Translations under genes and position numbers: made by a program | Notes under the pieces: generated by a model | What the model was told of the DNA's origin: nothing | The model's input: the letters and a program-made list of their open reading frames with translations, nothing else | Database searches by the model: none | Assembly: GCA_963767925.1 (NCBI GenBank) | Contig: CAVYGB010000010.1 | Span: 672,001 to 736,000, forward strand | DNA length: 64,000 nt | Direction of reading: 5' to 3' | Source of the DNA: an uncultured delta proteobacterium | GTDB taxonomy: Bacteria > Myxococcota_A > Polyangia > Fen-1088 | Part shown: positions 1-13,867 of the stretch, one piece after another | How positions within the stretch are numbered: the first letter of the stretch is position 1 | How the letters are laid out: every line of letters begins with the position of its first letter

Positions 1-2614
<2,614 letters not shown>

Positions 2615-2661
2615 CTTCGCCTACCCGCTCGACCACGACTGATCGAGAGGCTAGCAGACGA

Positions 2662-3588
2662 TCAGGGTGACAGCGCCCAGGTAATGGCGGCGTCGAACAG
2701 CGCGAACCCCTCGCTGGTGAGCACGAGGGCGCTCTGGTCGGACAGGAACAGACCCACCCGGCGCGCCGGCGCCACCAGCTCGGGCATGCGCTGGCCGGTC
2801 TCGTAGGCCATCAGCGCGACCCGTGCAGATTGCCCGGACACCGAGGCGACCCGGATGGCGTTGGCGTTCGGGATGCCCCAGGAGATGCTCGTCGCCTGGC
2901 GGGCGACGGTCACGCTGCCGCTCAGGCTGGCGGCCAGGGGGCTGGCCGGCTGCTCGATGTTGATCGCGGTGAGCCCGGGATCGGCGCCCCGGTTAACGCC
3001 CATGGGCACCGTCGATTCGACCATGCCCATGTCGTCGTAGAGCAGCGGCTCGGAGACCACCACCGGCTTGGCGACGTCGCGGAAGCGCGCGCCCACCGCC
3101 ATCACCGAGATGGTCGGCGAGATCAGGATGAGGGCCGCGCGGCCGGTGTCGACGGTGGCGAGCAGGTCGTCCACCACCGTGACAACCCGCAGGCCCAGCG
3201 CCCGCACGCGGCGCTCGAGGATGGTGTCGGCCGGGCCGAGGGGGAGCTGCCCCACGATGAAGAACACCTCGGGCGCCTCGGCCGGGCCGGCGTCGCCGGC
3301 GGGCGGCGCGAGGGGGGGAGTCTCGGAGCCGCCCTGATCGGCGGCGGCGCCGAGATCGCGCGCGGGAGCCGCGTCGGGCAGGACGCCGCTCGGGGCGGCG
3401 TCGGGCGCGGGGGCGTCCGGCCGCGCGCCGGCGTCGGGATAGGGCAAGCTGGCCGGGGTCTCCGGCGGCAGCGGCGGATCGGGGGTGTAGCCGCTCGACA
3501 GGTAGTCCAGGGAATGGACCGAGCAGGCGCCCAGGGCCAGGGCGCCCGCGAAGGCGAGGACGGAGGAGGTATAGCGTGGGCGTCGCAT
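2662..3588 (-). CDS. Hypothetical lipoprotein with Pro/Ala-rich linker
   Basis: ATG 3588 gives MRRPRYTSSVLAFAGALALGAC (lipobox), PDAA-rich linker and a globular C-terminal domain; tightly spaced in the operon. Confidence 0.75.
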   Translation of the reverse strand: MRRPRYTSSVLAFAGALALGACSVHSLDYLSSGYTPDPPLPPETPASLPYPDAGARPDAPAPDAAPSGVLPDAAPARDLGAAADQGGSETPPLAPPAGDAGPAEAPEVFFIVGQLPLGPADTILERRVRALGLRVVTVVDDLLATVDTGRAALILISPTISVMAVGARFRDVAKPVVVSEPLLYDDMGMVESTVPMGVNRGADPGLTAINIEQPASPLAASLSGSVTVARQATSISWGIPNANAIRVASVSGQSARVALMAYETGQRMPELVAPARRVGLFLSDQSALVLTSEGFALFDAAITWALSP

Positions 3589-3598
3589 GAAGATGCGC

Positions 3599-4561
3599 TC
3601 AGAAGAAGAGCGAGCGTACCGCCACCGCGGCCCCGTCGGCCAGCGGGACCGGCCAGAGGGAGGCGGAACGCCCCGTCCGGGGGCGCTCGCCGTCGCCATC
3701 GGTGAGGAGCAGGTAGGCGGCCCCCAGGGCGGTGGCCACCCCCAGACCGAGGCCGATGTCGGCCACCAGGTAGGTCCGGCGGACGACGTCCACGTCGCGA
3801 CCGCCGCAGCCAGGGGCGCAGCCCGAAGAGAGGCTCCGCTCCTGGCCCATGCCCCGCAAGCCGAGCCCCACGAAGGTGCCGACGCCCACCACCGAGGTGG
3901 CAGCCAGGGCGATGGCCAGGCGGGTGCGGGCCTTGGGATCGAGGCCGCCCGTTGCGCTCAGCTCGCCGGCCGGGAGATCGCCGGCCGGGCCCGGGCCGGG
4001 AGCGGTGGCTCTTCCGACGGCGGCCAGCCGCACCGGCAGCGGGCGGGGAGGCGGCGCCGGCCGGGCCGGCTGCAGCTCGACGTCGACCAGGCGGTTCTTG
4101 TGCCCCTCGGCGATCAGCAGCTCGATGGTGCCGGGCGCGGCGCCCGCCGCCTCGAACCGGCAGGTGTGTTTGCCGGGATCGAGATGGACGGTCCGGCCGT
4201 CGAGCCGCTCGGTCAGCAGCTCCTCGTCGCAGGTGACGGTGACGTGCTCGAGGTCCTTGCCCGCCATGCGCACCACGAAGGCCGCGGTCGGCAGGGAGGT
4301 GTCGACCTCGATCAGCCACTTGGCACAGTCGTCGCGCACGAAGGCCGGGCAGCCCGGGCGCACGCACATGCGCAGCACGTCGCGCGCCGCCCGCAGCAGC
4401 CCGTCGGCCCGCAGCTCCTGGGCGGTCTCGTACGATTTGGCGCAGGTGTCGTCGGCGGCGCGCGCGGTCCGGCCGCCGGTGGCGGCGGCGATCACCAGGA
4501 GGAACGCGGTGAGGGTGCGGGTGGAAAACAACGACGTGCTCCTCAGGGTGAAGTCAGGCAC
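3599..4561 (-). CDS. Myxobacterial secreted/membrane protein (Cys-rich TPR-like N-terminus, PEGA-like middle, C-terminal TM helices)
   Basis: GTG 4561, signal peptide, CAKSYETAQ..C..PGCPAFVRDDCAKW, two C-terminal hydrophobic helices. This type of protein typically follows kinases in Polyangiaceae. Confidence 0.75.
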   Translation of the reverse strand: MPDFTLRSTSLFSTRTLTAFLLVIAAATGGRTARAADDTCAKSYETAQELRADGLLRAARDVLRMCVRPGCPAFVRDDCAKWLIEVDTSLPTAAFVVRMAGKDLEHVTVTCDEELLTERLDGRTVHLDPGKHTCRFEAAGAAPGTIELLIAEGHKNRLVDVELQPARPAPPPRPLPVRLAAVGRATAPGPGPAGDLPAGELSATGGLDPKARTRLAIALAATSVVGVGTFVGLGLRGMGQERSLSSGCAPGCGGRDVDVVRRTYLVADIGLGLGVATALGAAYLLLTDGDGERPRTGRSASLWPVPLADGAAVAVRSLFF

Positions 4562-6909
4562 TCGGGCTTGATGCGGCGGATGCCACGCTCGTCGAACACG
4601 TAGGGCGGGACGCAGTCCACCGCCCCCTGGAAAAACGTGCTGGCCGCGGTTTTGTTCCGTCCGCGGACCCGCCGGGGCAACCGCCGGCGGGGCTCCAGCT
4701 CGGGCCCGGCATCGTGGAGGACCACCTCGGGCTCCTCGGCCTCGCGGACCACCCGCGCGGTCTGGATCAGCTTCGCGGTCAGGGCCCCTGGCCGCGGGGT
4801 CGCCGGGCGCGCGGGCGGCACCGGCGTCACCTCCACCGGCGGGGGCAACACGACCACCGCCGGAGGGGGCGCCACCACCACCGGCGCGGGGGCCACCACC
4901 GGCTCGGGCGGCGCCACCGCCGCGGACACCGCCACGGGCGCGGGCACTGCCACCGGAGCGGCCGGCTCGGGCGGCGGGAGGGGGCGCGGGGCCGTGAGCG
5001 GCTCGGCCACCGGGGACGGGGGGCGGGAGGGCCGGGCGGGGATGGGCGCGCCGCTGGCGCCCGCCGCGGCCACGGCACCCCGGCCCGGCAGGGGCCGGGG
5101 CCCGCGCAAGGGCAGGACGACCGCCACCACCAGCGCGGCGACGAAGGCGCCGAGCCCGAGCCCGCTCCAGACCCGCGCCGGGATCCGCACCGGTCGTCGC
5201 AGGGGCGCTCTCTCCTTGCTCGCGGGCGGCAGCCGGACCCCCGACGTCCGCACGCCGACCGGCGTCGCCTCGACCGGCCGCGCGGGCAGAGGCGTGGGCA
5301 TCGGCATGGGCGTCGGCGTGGCCAGGCTCATCTCGACCGCGGCCACAACGTCGGCCGACGACACCTCCGACGGCTCGTGGACCGGGGGCAGGAGATCGAC
5401 GGTGGTGCTCGCCAGCAAGGCGGGCAGGCCCACCAGGGTCGGCGGCTCGGGCGGAATCTCGCGCAGCCCGGGCAGCGCGAGCCGGGCCTTCACCGTGATC
5501 GCCTCGTCCTCCGGCAAGGGCATCGGCACCGGCCCGGGAGGCAACGGCGGCGGGGGCACCCGCGCCGCATCGACTGGCCGGCTCGCGCCGGGCCGGAAGG
5601 ACGACGCCGACGCCGGATCCAGCGGCAGCGTGGGTCGGATCCCGCCGGGCCGCCCGACCGGCGGCGCAGGCACCGACCCGGGATCCACCGGCACCGCGGG
5701 ACGGATCCCGCTGGTCCGCCCGGAAAAGACCGGCGCGGGCACCGGCGCCGGCTCCACCGGCACCGCGGGACGGATCCCGCTGGTCCGCCCGGAAAAGACC
5801 GGCGCGGGCACCGGCGCCGGTTCTACCGGCGCGACGGGATGGACTCCGCTGGTCCGCCCGGAGAAGACGGGCGCGGGGGCCGGCGCGGGTTCCAGCGGGA
5901 CCGCGGGACGGATCCCGCTGGTGCGGCCGGCCGCGCTCTCCACCCTGGAGCGCAGGCGGGCGCGCTCGGCCAGGCTCTCGGGCGTGACGGCCTGGACCCA
6001 CTCGCCCACCTCGCGGGCGCTGGCCGGGGTGAGCGCCTCCTCGAGCGCCTTGGCGAACATCAGCGCGGTACCGTAGCGGTCGTCCCGATCTCGGGCCAGG
6101 GCCGCCGAGACCACCGCGTCGAGCGCCCGCGGCACCTGCGGATTGAACCGGCTGGGCACCTCGACGTCCGACTTGAGGATCTTCATGGCCACCAGGCCAG
6201 GGTCCTCGCTGCGGAACAGCCGCCGCAGGGTCAACATCTCCCACAGCACGATGCCGGCCGCGAACACGTCGGCCCGCCGGTCGACCGTCTTGAAGCGGAG
6301 CTGCTCGGGCGCCATGTACGAGAGCTTGCCCTTGGTGGTGCCGGGCGCGGAGCCGGGCGTGCGGCTCGAGGCCTTGGCCACCCCGAAGTCGAGCACCCGG
6401 GCCGTCCCGTCCACCCCCACGAGGATGTTCTGGGGGGAGACGTCGCGGTGGACGATGTGCAGCGGCTCGCCCTCGTCGCTGACCGCCTCGTGCGCCGCGT
6501 GCAGCCCGTACAGCAGCCCGGTCATGATACTGACGACGATCGGCGTCGGCACCCGGCCCGCCTTGCGCGCGCAGCAGCCGAGCAGCCGCGACAGCGACTC
6601 GCCATGGACGTACTCCATGACGAGCAGCACCTCCTTGTCGTCGACCGCCACGACGTCGAGCGGCGCCACCACGTTGGGGTGCTGCACGCGCGCGGCCAGC
6701 CGGGCCTCGTCGACCAGCATCGAGACGAAGTGGGGATCACGCGCGTAGGGCGCGTGCAGCCGCTTGATGGCCACCGTGCGCGAGAACCCGCCCTGCCCCT
6801 GCAGCCGACCGAAATGGACGGTGGCCATCCCTCCAGTCGCGAACTCGTCGTAGAGGACGTAGCGACCGAGAGGGCGTCCGTGCGGGTTCTGGTTCGCCGC
6901 CGGCTCCAT
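4543..6909 (-). CDS. Membrane-anchored Ser/Thr protein kinase
   Basis: GGMATV, VAIK, HRDVSPQN, DFG and APE motifs; Pro-rich linker; TM helix (LGLGAFVAALVVAVV); C-terminal CVPPYVFDERGIRRIKPECL. Confidence 0.95.
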   Translation of the reverse strand: MEPAANQNPHGRPLGRYVLYDEFATGGMATVHFGRLQGQGGFSRTVAIKRLHAPYARDPHFVSMLVDEARLAARVQHPNVVAPLDVVAVDDKEVLLVMEYVHGESLSRLLGCCARKAGRVPTPIVVSIMTGLLYGLHAAHEAVSDEGEPLHIVHRDVSPQNILVGVDGTARVLDFGVAKASSRTPGSAPGTTKGKLSYMAPEQLRFKTVDRRADVFAAGIVLWEMLTLRRLFRSEDPGLVAMKILKSDVEVPSRFNPQVPRALDAVVSAALARDRDDRYGTALMFAKALEEALTPASAREVGEWVQAVTPESLAERARLRSRVESAAGRTSGIRPAVPLEPAPAPAPVFSGRTSGVHPVAPVEPAPVPAPVFSGRTSGIRPAVPVEPAPVPAPVFSGRTSGIRPAVPVDPGSVPAPPVGRPGGIRPTLPLDPASASSFRPGASRPVDAARVPPPPLPPGPVPMPLPEDEAITVKARLALPGLREIPPEPPTLVGLPALLASTTVDLLPPVHEPSEVSSADVVAAVEMSLATPTPMPMPTPLPARPVEATPVGVRTSGVRLPPASKERAPLRRPVRIPARVWSGLGLGAFVAALVVAVVLPLRGPRPLPGRGAVAAAGASGAPIPARPSRPPSPVAEPLTAPRPLPPPEPAAPVAVPAPVAVSAAVAPPEPVVAPAPVVVAPPPAVVVLPPPVEVTPVPPARPATPRPGALTAKLIQTARVVREAEEPEVVLHDAGPELEPRRRLPRRVRGRNKTAASTFFQGAVDCVPPYVFDERGIRRIKPECLTSP
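5620..5925 (-). repeat. 69-bp (23-aa) intragenic tandem repeat, about 4 copies
   Basis: Unit CCACCGGCACCGCGGGACGGATCCCGCTGGTCCGCCCGGAAAAGACC... at 5685 and 5754, with variants at 5823 and 5892; encodes PVFSGRTSGIRPAVPVEPAPVPA. Confidence 0.9.
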
Positions 6910-7225
6910 GAGCGTCGGCCATTATAGCCCGTAGCCCCGGCCACGGATGAGAACGCGCGAGTAATTCATAACGCGGCAGCGCGTCGCCAATTTCCGTGCG
7001 TTTCTGGCCAATTGCACGGCCGTTTTCGACGAGCTTTTTTCTCTTGCCCGCATACACCAGTGCTTTCGACAGCTTCCGCCCGGGGGCCCCCCTGGATGAT
7101 GCGCGCCAAGGCATGGATTGAAACCAGCGTTGGCAACCAGGGGAGAAACCATTGTACATCCGCTGCGTACTCTCCGTGCGGGAGTTCGGGGACCCTCCCA
7201 GGGAAAGAAAGAAGGAAATCCAGCG

Positions 7226-7453
7226 ATGTCACAGAACGCCAACGGCAACCCCCGCAAGTGGAACGGGGTGAAGGTCTTCGCCGCGACCATGGCCCAGGAG
7301 CGGGAGAAGCTCGGGGAGAAGGTCACGGCCTGGATCCGTCAGTATCCGCAGAACGAGGTGGTCGACACCGTTGTCACCCAGTCCTCGGACGAGGCCTTTC
7401 ACTGCCTCGCCATCACGGTCTTTTATCTGGAAAAGGACTCCCAGCAGGCGTGA
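7226..7453 (+). CDS. Small conserved myxobacterial protein (75 aa)
   Basis: AAGGA RBS; VKVFAATMAQEREKLGEKVTAW...VTQSSDEAFHCLAITVFY resembles a small family I recall from Myxococcota. Confidence 0.8.
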   Translation: MSQNANGNPRKWNGVKVFAATMAQEREKLGEKVTAWIRQYPQNEVVDTVVTQSSDEAFHCLAITVFYLEKDSQQA

Positions 7454-7466
7454 GCCGCTGGCCCGC

Positions 7467-8794
7467 TCACAGCGGAAGGCGCAGCCGGGCCAGGGCGCCC
7501 GGCCGGTCGCGGCGCGCCTCCAGGGTGAGCGCGCCGCGGTGGGCCTCCGCGATCTGGCGGCTGAGCACGAGGCCGATGCCCGACCCGGTCGGCTTCGTCG
7601 TGAAGAACGGGACGAACAGGTTGTGGGTGTCGGCCAGGCCGGGACCTTCGTCCGCCACGACGATCTCGAGCATCCCCGGCCAGCTTGCGCCAGGAAAGCT
7701 CGACCCGACCCCCGGTCTCCAGCGCGGCGTCCACCCCGTTCTGTAACAGGTTGATGAGGAGCTGATCGAGCTGATCCCCGTCCGCCCGGATGGTCAGGTC
7801 CGGACCCGCTCGCAACGTGACGGGAAGCCGTTTTTCGATCTCGACCACCCGGCGCAGCCAGGGTCCGACCTCCAGCGGGGCCAGGGTGGGCGGCGGCAGG
7901 CGGGCCAGCCGGGCGTAAGAGGTCATGAACCGCCCCAGGGCCAGCGAGCGCCGCTCGATCACGTCGAGCCCGCGGATCAGGTCCTCCTGCCAGTCGGCCA
8001 GGCGCTGGTCCGCCGGCTGCCGCAGGGTCTGCTGCAGATCCCCGGCGATCGAGCGGATGGGGGCCAGCGAATTGTTGATCTCGTGGCCCAGCACCCGCAC
8101 CAGGCGCTGCCAGGCCTGCCGCTCCTCCTCGCGCAGGGCCCGCCGCAGATCGGTCAGCACCACCAGCTCGTGGGGCAGCCCCCCGAGGCGAAAGGCGCTC
8201 CGCCGCACCTCCCACTGCCCCTGGGCGCCCGGGAAGGCGGCGTCGACGGTGCGGGGCGCCTCCCCCTCGAGCAGGTCGGCCATGCCGAGGTCCCGGGCCG
8301 AGACGCCGAGCGGCCGACCCGCGGGCGCCGCCAGCAGCCGCTCGCCGGCCCGGTTGACCAGCCGAAGGCGGCGCTCCCGGTCGAAGGCGAACACCGCCAC
8401 GTCGATCTCGGCCATCACCTTGCCGAGCAGGGCGCTCGCCTCCACCGCGCCGGTGCGCTGGTGGGCCAGGGTGTCGGCCAGCGTGTTCACCTCGGCCAGC
8501 ACGTCGCCGAGGGCGTCGCGCCGGTCGACCCGCCGCCCCCGGAAGGAGAAGTCGCCCTCGCGCAGGGCCCCCAGCAGGTTGCTCAGCGTCTGCAGGGCCC
8601 GCACCACCCGCCCCTTGCAGGCTGAAGGCGGCCGCCAGCCAGGCGAGGACGACCAGCAGCCCCAGGGTCCAGCGCACCTTGCCGCTGTGGTCCCCGGTCA
8701 GCAGCAGGGCCATCGCGACGACGACCGCCGGGGCGGGCCCCAGCAACGCCAGCAGCAGCACCCGGCCCTCGTGGCCGGGCCTGCGCCGACGGGA

Positions 8795-8798
<4 letters not shown>
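7467..8798 (-). CDS. Sensor histidine kinase (PAS-like + HATPase), split by about 3 frameshifts
   Basis: H-box RVLGHEINNSLAPI, N-box NLLQNG, DEGPG and GSGIGL found across ORFs 7229-8761, 7423-8607 and 7467-7673; ATGA overlap with the upstream regulator. Confidence 0.85.
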
Positions 8799-10166
<1,368 letters not shown>

Positions 10167-10237
10167 GTTTGTCTCCGGGGAAATTACCCTCGGTCCGCCG
10201 GCAAAGCGACCCCTCGCTGGCCCCGGCGCCACCGGGC

Positions 10238-10897
10238 TCAGACGATCCAGCCGTCTTTCAGGTTGATGATGCGCTGGCCGTGGGCGGCGTTCTTCTCCGA
10301 GTGGGTGACCTGCACGATGGTCGTGCCCTGGCGGTTCAGCTCCCGGAACAGGGTCATGATCTCCTCGCCCTGCGAGGAGTGCAGGTTGCCGGTGGGCTCG
10401 TCGGCCAGCAGCAGCTTCGGGCGGGCGATCACCGCCCGGGCTACCGCCACGAGCTGCTGCTGCCCGCCGGAGAGCTGGCTGGGGTAGAGGTCCTTCTTGC
10501 CAACGATCTGGAAGCGGTCGAGCGTGTCGGCCACCAGCGCCTTGCGCTGGGCGCCCGGCATGTCCCGGTAGGACAGCGGGATCTCCAGATTCTCCGCCAC
10601 CGTGAGGTCCTCGAGCAGGTGGAACTGCTGGAAGACGAAGCCGACGTATTTCTTGTTGAGCTCGACCCGGGCCTTCGGGGGCAGCTTGTGCACCTGCTGG
10701 TCGAACAGGTGGTATTCGCCCGACCAGTCGGCGTCGAGCATGCCGAGGATCGCGAGCAGGGTGGACTTGCCGGCGCCCGAGGGGCCCATGAAGGTCACGA
10801 AGTCCCCCTCCCCGATCTCGAGCGCGATCTGGCGCAGCACCCAGGTGCGGCCGGCCCCGGTCTTGTAGCTCTTCTCGAGGTCGCGCAGGCGAATCAT
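10238..10897 (-). CDS. ABC transporter ATP-binding protein (MacB/LolD-like)
   Basis: GPSGAGKS, LSGGQQQ, LLADEPTGNL and VTH motifs. Confidence 0.95.
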   Translation of the reverse strand: MIRLRDLEKSYKTGAGRTWVLRQIALEIGEGDFVTFMGPSGAGKSTLLAILGMLDADWSGEYHLFDQQVHKLPPKARVELNKKYVGFVFQQFHLLEDLTVAENLEIPLSYRDMPGAQRKALVADTLDRFQIVGKKDLYPSQLSGGQQQLVAVARAVIARPKLLLADEPTGNLHSSQGEEIMTLFRELNRQGTTIVQVTHSEKNAAHGQRIINLKDGWIV

Positions 10898-10909
10898 GGC
10901 CCTCTCCTC

Positions 10910-10926
10910 AGCCAGCCCTGTGCCAA
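10910..10926 (-). promoter_or_regulatory. Putative sigma54 promoter (-24/-12)
   Basis: TTGGCAC-AGGGC-TGGCT on the minus strand; the -12 C lies 14 nt before the ATG at 10897. Confidence 0.55.
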
Positions 10927-11014
10927 CCCAGGTGCTCGAAATTGCTCGCTCTTTCCCCCCGCCCTGCCCGCCCATGGGACACCCCGTCCCAGAACCGAAC
11001 ACCCCGGGCAGCGC

Positions 11015-12988
11015 TCAGCGGCGGTACTTGTCGGCGATGCGGGCGAGGCGGGCGTCGAGGTCGGCGCGGGGGAGCCAGCGGCCGCGCAGCATGACGCCGG
11101 CGATCTTGCCGACGTTGGCCACGTCGGCGAGCGGGTTGGCGTCGAGCAGGATCAGGTCGGCCCGCTTGCCCGGGGCCACCGTGCCGAAGGCGTCGGAGGC
11201 CTTGAAGTAGTCGCCCACGTTGCGGGTGCCGCTGACCAGGATCTGGTAGGGCGTCATGCCCGCCCGCCGCATCCACTGCAGCTCCCGGTGCAGCGAGAAC
11301 CCGGGGACGCTGAACTGCTGGGGGGCGTCGGTCCCCATGAGGATCTTCACCCCACCCTTGTTGAGGGCGCCGAGGATCTGCATCCGGCTGGCCACGACGT
11401 TGCCGGCCCGGTCGCGCGGGCTGCGCTCCACCCGGTCCAGGAAGGCCTCGGACCACTGCCGGACGTCATAGTCGGGGACGTATCTCAGCTCGGGGTAGGC
11501 GCGCAGATCCTTGAGCTCGAGCGTCCCCTGCAGCACCTCCCACAGCGCCATCGTCGGCACGATCCAGGCGCCCGCCTGCCGGGTCCGCTTGACCACCTCG
11601 TCGAGCTTCTTGCTATCGACGGGGCCCTCCTCCCCCTTCAGGTGCTCGACGTAGCCGTCGACGTGGTCGAAGGTCTCCTGGCCCATCTCGAGCGCGTGCA
11701 GCAGGCCCACGTCCGCCGGGACGTGGCCGCCGAAGCGAATCTTCTCCGCCTTGGCGGTGCGGGCCATGGCGTCGTATTCGGCCCGGGTCAGGCCGGGGTG
11801 CACCTTGAGCAGGTCCCAGCCCTCCTTCTTCTGCGCGCGGACCTTCGCCTCCGCCTCCTCGGGCGAGCCGATCGACTGGCCGTTGAAGCTGGGGCCCGCC
11901 AGGTACAGCGTGGGGGAGATGATGTCGCCGCGGGCGGCCGCCTCGCGCAGCTCGAGCTGACCGGGGTGGCCCAGCATGCCCCGCACGGTGGTGATGCCGT
12001 TGGCCGCGTAGAGCAGCAGCGTCTCGCCGGCGAAGGCGGCCGCGTTGCCGGGGGGGATGTGCCCGTGCATCTCGGCCAGCCCGGGCATGAGGTATTTGCC
12101 GGCCCCGTCGATGGCCACGCTCCCTTCGGGCAGCTTCACCTTGCGCCGGTCGACCGAGACGATGCGGTCGCCGCGCACCACCACGGTCTGGGTCTCCTTG
12201 AGGGTGGGGGTGGCGCCGACCATGGTGACGACGTTGACGTTGTTGAACACCGTCATGTCGTCGGCGTCCCGCTGCGGGCCGGGCCCGCCCTGGGCCACCG
12301 TCATCACCTCGCGGTTGAAGGTCGGGAGATCGTGGGGCCGGGCCTGCTCGGTCAGCGCCGCCCGGGCCCCCGCCCCTCGCCCCACGAGCTGCATCGTGAG
12401 GGGGCCGTCGGCCTTGCTGAAGCTGGCCAACATCTTGACGATGCCGAAGGGGGCCACCTGCTTGTCGACCCAATATTCGACCGTCTCCCCGTCGGGGAGC
12501 TGCTCCTTGTAGTAGCGGGTCTTGAAGGTGCCGGCCGGCACGGTGATCGAGCGGTCGCCGACCAGCTTGCTCGGATCGAGCTTGACGAACTGGTCCCCGG
12601 CCACCGCCGCCCCCGCGGGAAACTCCATGGGAGCCAGGTCCCCGGCCCGCAGGATCAGCCGCTTGACCCGGGCCGCCCCCTCGGCGGCGGGGTCGAGGTC
12701 GATGCGCACCAGCGCCTGGCTGCCCGGACCGAGCGGCCCCCCCTCCACCACCGCCTCGATCTGCTGGTCACGCCCCTGCCGCCCCACCAGCGAGAACTTC
12801 TGCCGCCAGGGCGGCCGCCCCCCCATGCGAAAGCCATATTCGGCGAAGGCCCCCACCGGCAGCTTGGCCAGGTCGGTGGCCACGGGGATCCCGGGCCGCC
12901 ACTGCGGCGCCTGCGCCGCCGCCGGCGCAGCGACGCTGGCGGCACCCGTGGCCGCCAGCAGGACGAGGGCGAGTCTCGGTGGGCTCAT
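11015..12988 (-). CDS. Secreted amidohydrolase-family protein with extra N-terminal domain
   Basis: AGGAGG RBS, signal peptide, MPGLAEMHGH, GITTVR, GTDAP and GKRADLILLDANPL motifs; the first ~250 aa contain a TVPAGTF motif. Confidence 0.85.
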   Translation of the reverse strand: MSPPRLALVLLAATGAASVAAPAAAQAPQWRPGIPVATDLAKLPVGAFAEYGFRMGGRPPWRQKFSLVGRQGRDQQIEAVVEGGPLGPGSQALVRIDLDPAAEGAARVKRLILRAGDLAPMEFPAGAAVAGDQFVKLDPSKLVGDRSITVPAGTFKTRYYKEQLPDGETVEYWVDKQVAPFGIVKMLASFSKADGPLTMQLVGRGAGARAALTEQARPHDLPTFNREVMTVAQGGPGPQRDADDMTVFNNVNVVTMVGATPTLKETQTVVVRGDRIVSVDRRKVKLPEGSVAIDGAGKYLMPGLAEMHGHIPPGNAAAFAGETLLLYAANGITTVRGMLGHPGQLELREAAARGDIISPTLYLAGPSFNGQSIGSPEEAEAKVRAQKKEGWDLLKVHPGLTRAEYDAMARTAKAEKIRFGGHVPADVGLLHALEMGQETFDHVDGYVEHLKGEEGPVDSKKLDEVVKRTRQAGAWIVPTMALWEVLQGTLELKDLRAYPELRYVPDYDVRQWSEAFLDRVERSPRDRAGNVVASRMQILGALNKGGVKILMGTDAPQQFSVPGFSLHRELQWMRRAGMTPYQILVSGTRNVGDYFKASDAFGTVAPGKRADLILLDANPLADVANVGKIAGVMLRGRWLPRADLDARLARIADKYRR

Positions 12989-13090
12989 GGGCGACCTCCT
13001 CGTGGGACTATATACCGGCGGGCTCACTCCGGGCGCAGGGCGTGCTCACTCACTCCGAGGGCGAACCGGAGGTCGGCGAGCATGCCGGCC

Positions 13091-13849
13091 TCAATCCGCC
13101 CGGGTCGACTCGGCGGCGTGGCCGGGGGGCCGGGTCTCGTCGGCGGCGTGGCCGGGGGCTCGGGTCTCGTCGACGACCCGGCCGTCGAACAGGTTGATGC
13201 TGCGGGTGGCCTGGCGGGCGTACTCCGGGTTGTGGGTCACCATGCAGATGGTGGCGCCGGCGGCGTGCAGCTCGCGCAGCAGGGCCATCACGGCGTCGCC
13301 GTTCTTGGAGTCGAGGTTCCCGGTCGGCTCGTCGGCCAGCAGCACCAGGGGATCGCCGGCCACCGCCCGGGCCACCGCTACCCGTTGCTGCTGGCCGCCG
13401 GAGAGCTGGGCCGGCATGTGGCGGCCGCGGTGGCTCATGCCCACCCGCTCGAGCGCGGCCTCCACCCGCTTCTTCCGCTCGCTGCCGGGCATGCCCCGGT
13501 AGGTGAGGGGCAGCTCGACGTTCTCGAACACCGTGAGGTCGCCGATCAGGTTGAACGACTGGAAGATGAAGCCGATGTGCCGGTTGCGCATGAGGGCCCG
13601 CTCGCGGGCGGTCAGGTTGGCGGCCGGCTGGCCCCCCAGCAGGTAGTTGCCGTGGGTGGGGGTGTCGAGCAGGCCGAGGATCGAGAGCAAGGTGGTCTTG
13701 CCCGAGCCCGACGGTCCCTCGATGGAGACGTATTCCCCTCGCCCGATGGTGAGGTGAACCTCGGACAGGGCGTGGGTCTCCATCTCCTCCGTGTAGAAAA
13801 CCTTGCCCACCCTATCGAGCTGGATCAGCACCTCATCGCTGGCGGTCAT
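13091..13849 (-). CDS. ABC transporter ATP-binding protein (MacB/LolD-like)
   Basis: GPSGSGKT, LSGGQQQR, LADEPTGNLD and VTH motifs. Confidence 0.95.
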   Translation of the reverse strand: MTASDEVLIQLDRVGKVFYTEEMETHALSEVHLTIGRGEYVSIEGPSGSGKTTLLSILGLLDTPTHGNYLLGGQPAANLTARERALMRNRHIGFIFQSFNLIGDLTVFENVELPLTYRGMPGSERKKRVEAALERVGMSHRGRHMPAQLSGGQQQRVAVARAVAGDPLVLLADEPTGNLDSKNGDAVMALLRELHAAGATICMVTHNPEYARQATRSINLFDGRVVDETRAPGHAADETRPPGHAAESTRAD

Positions 13850-13867
13850 GACGTCTCCTTCTCCTTC

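Noticed and set aside
13108..13175. 30-bp duplication at the ABC ATPase C-terminus (DETRAPGHAA x2)
   Set aside because: Real, but it only extends a disordered tail; no evidence of function.
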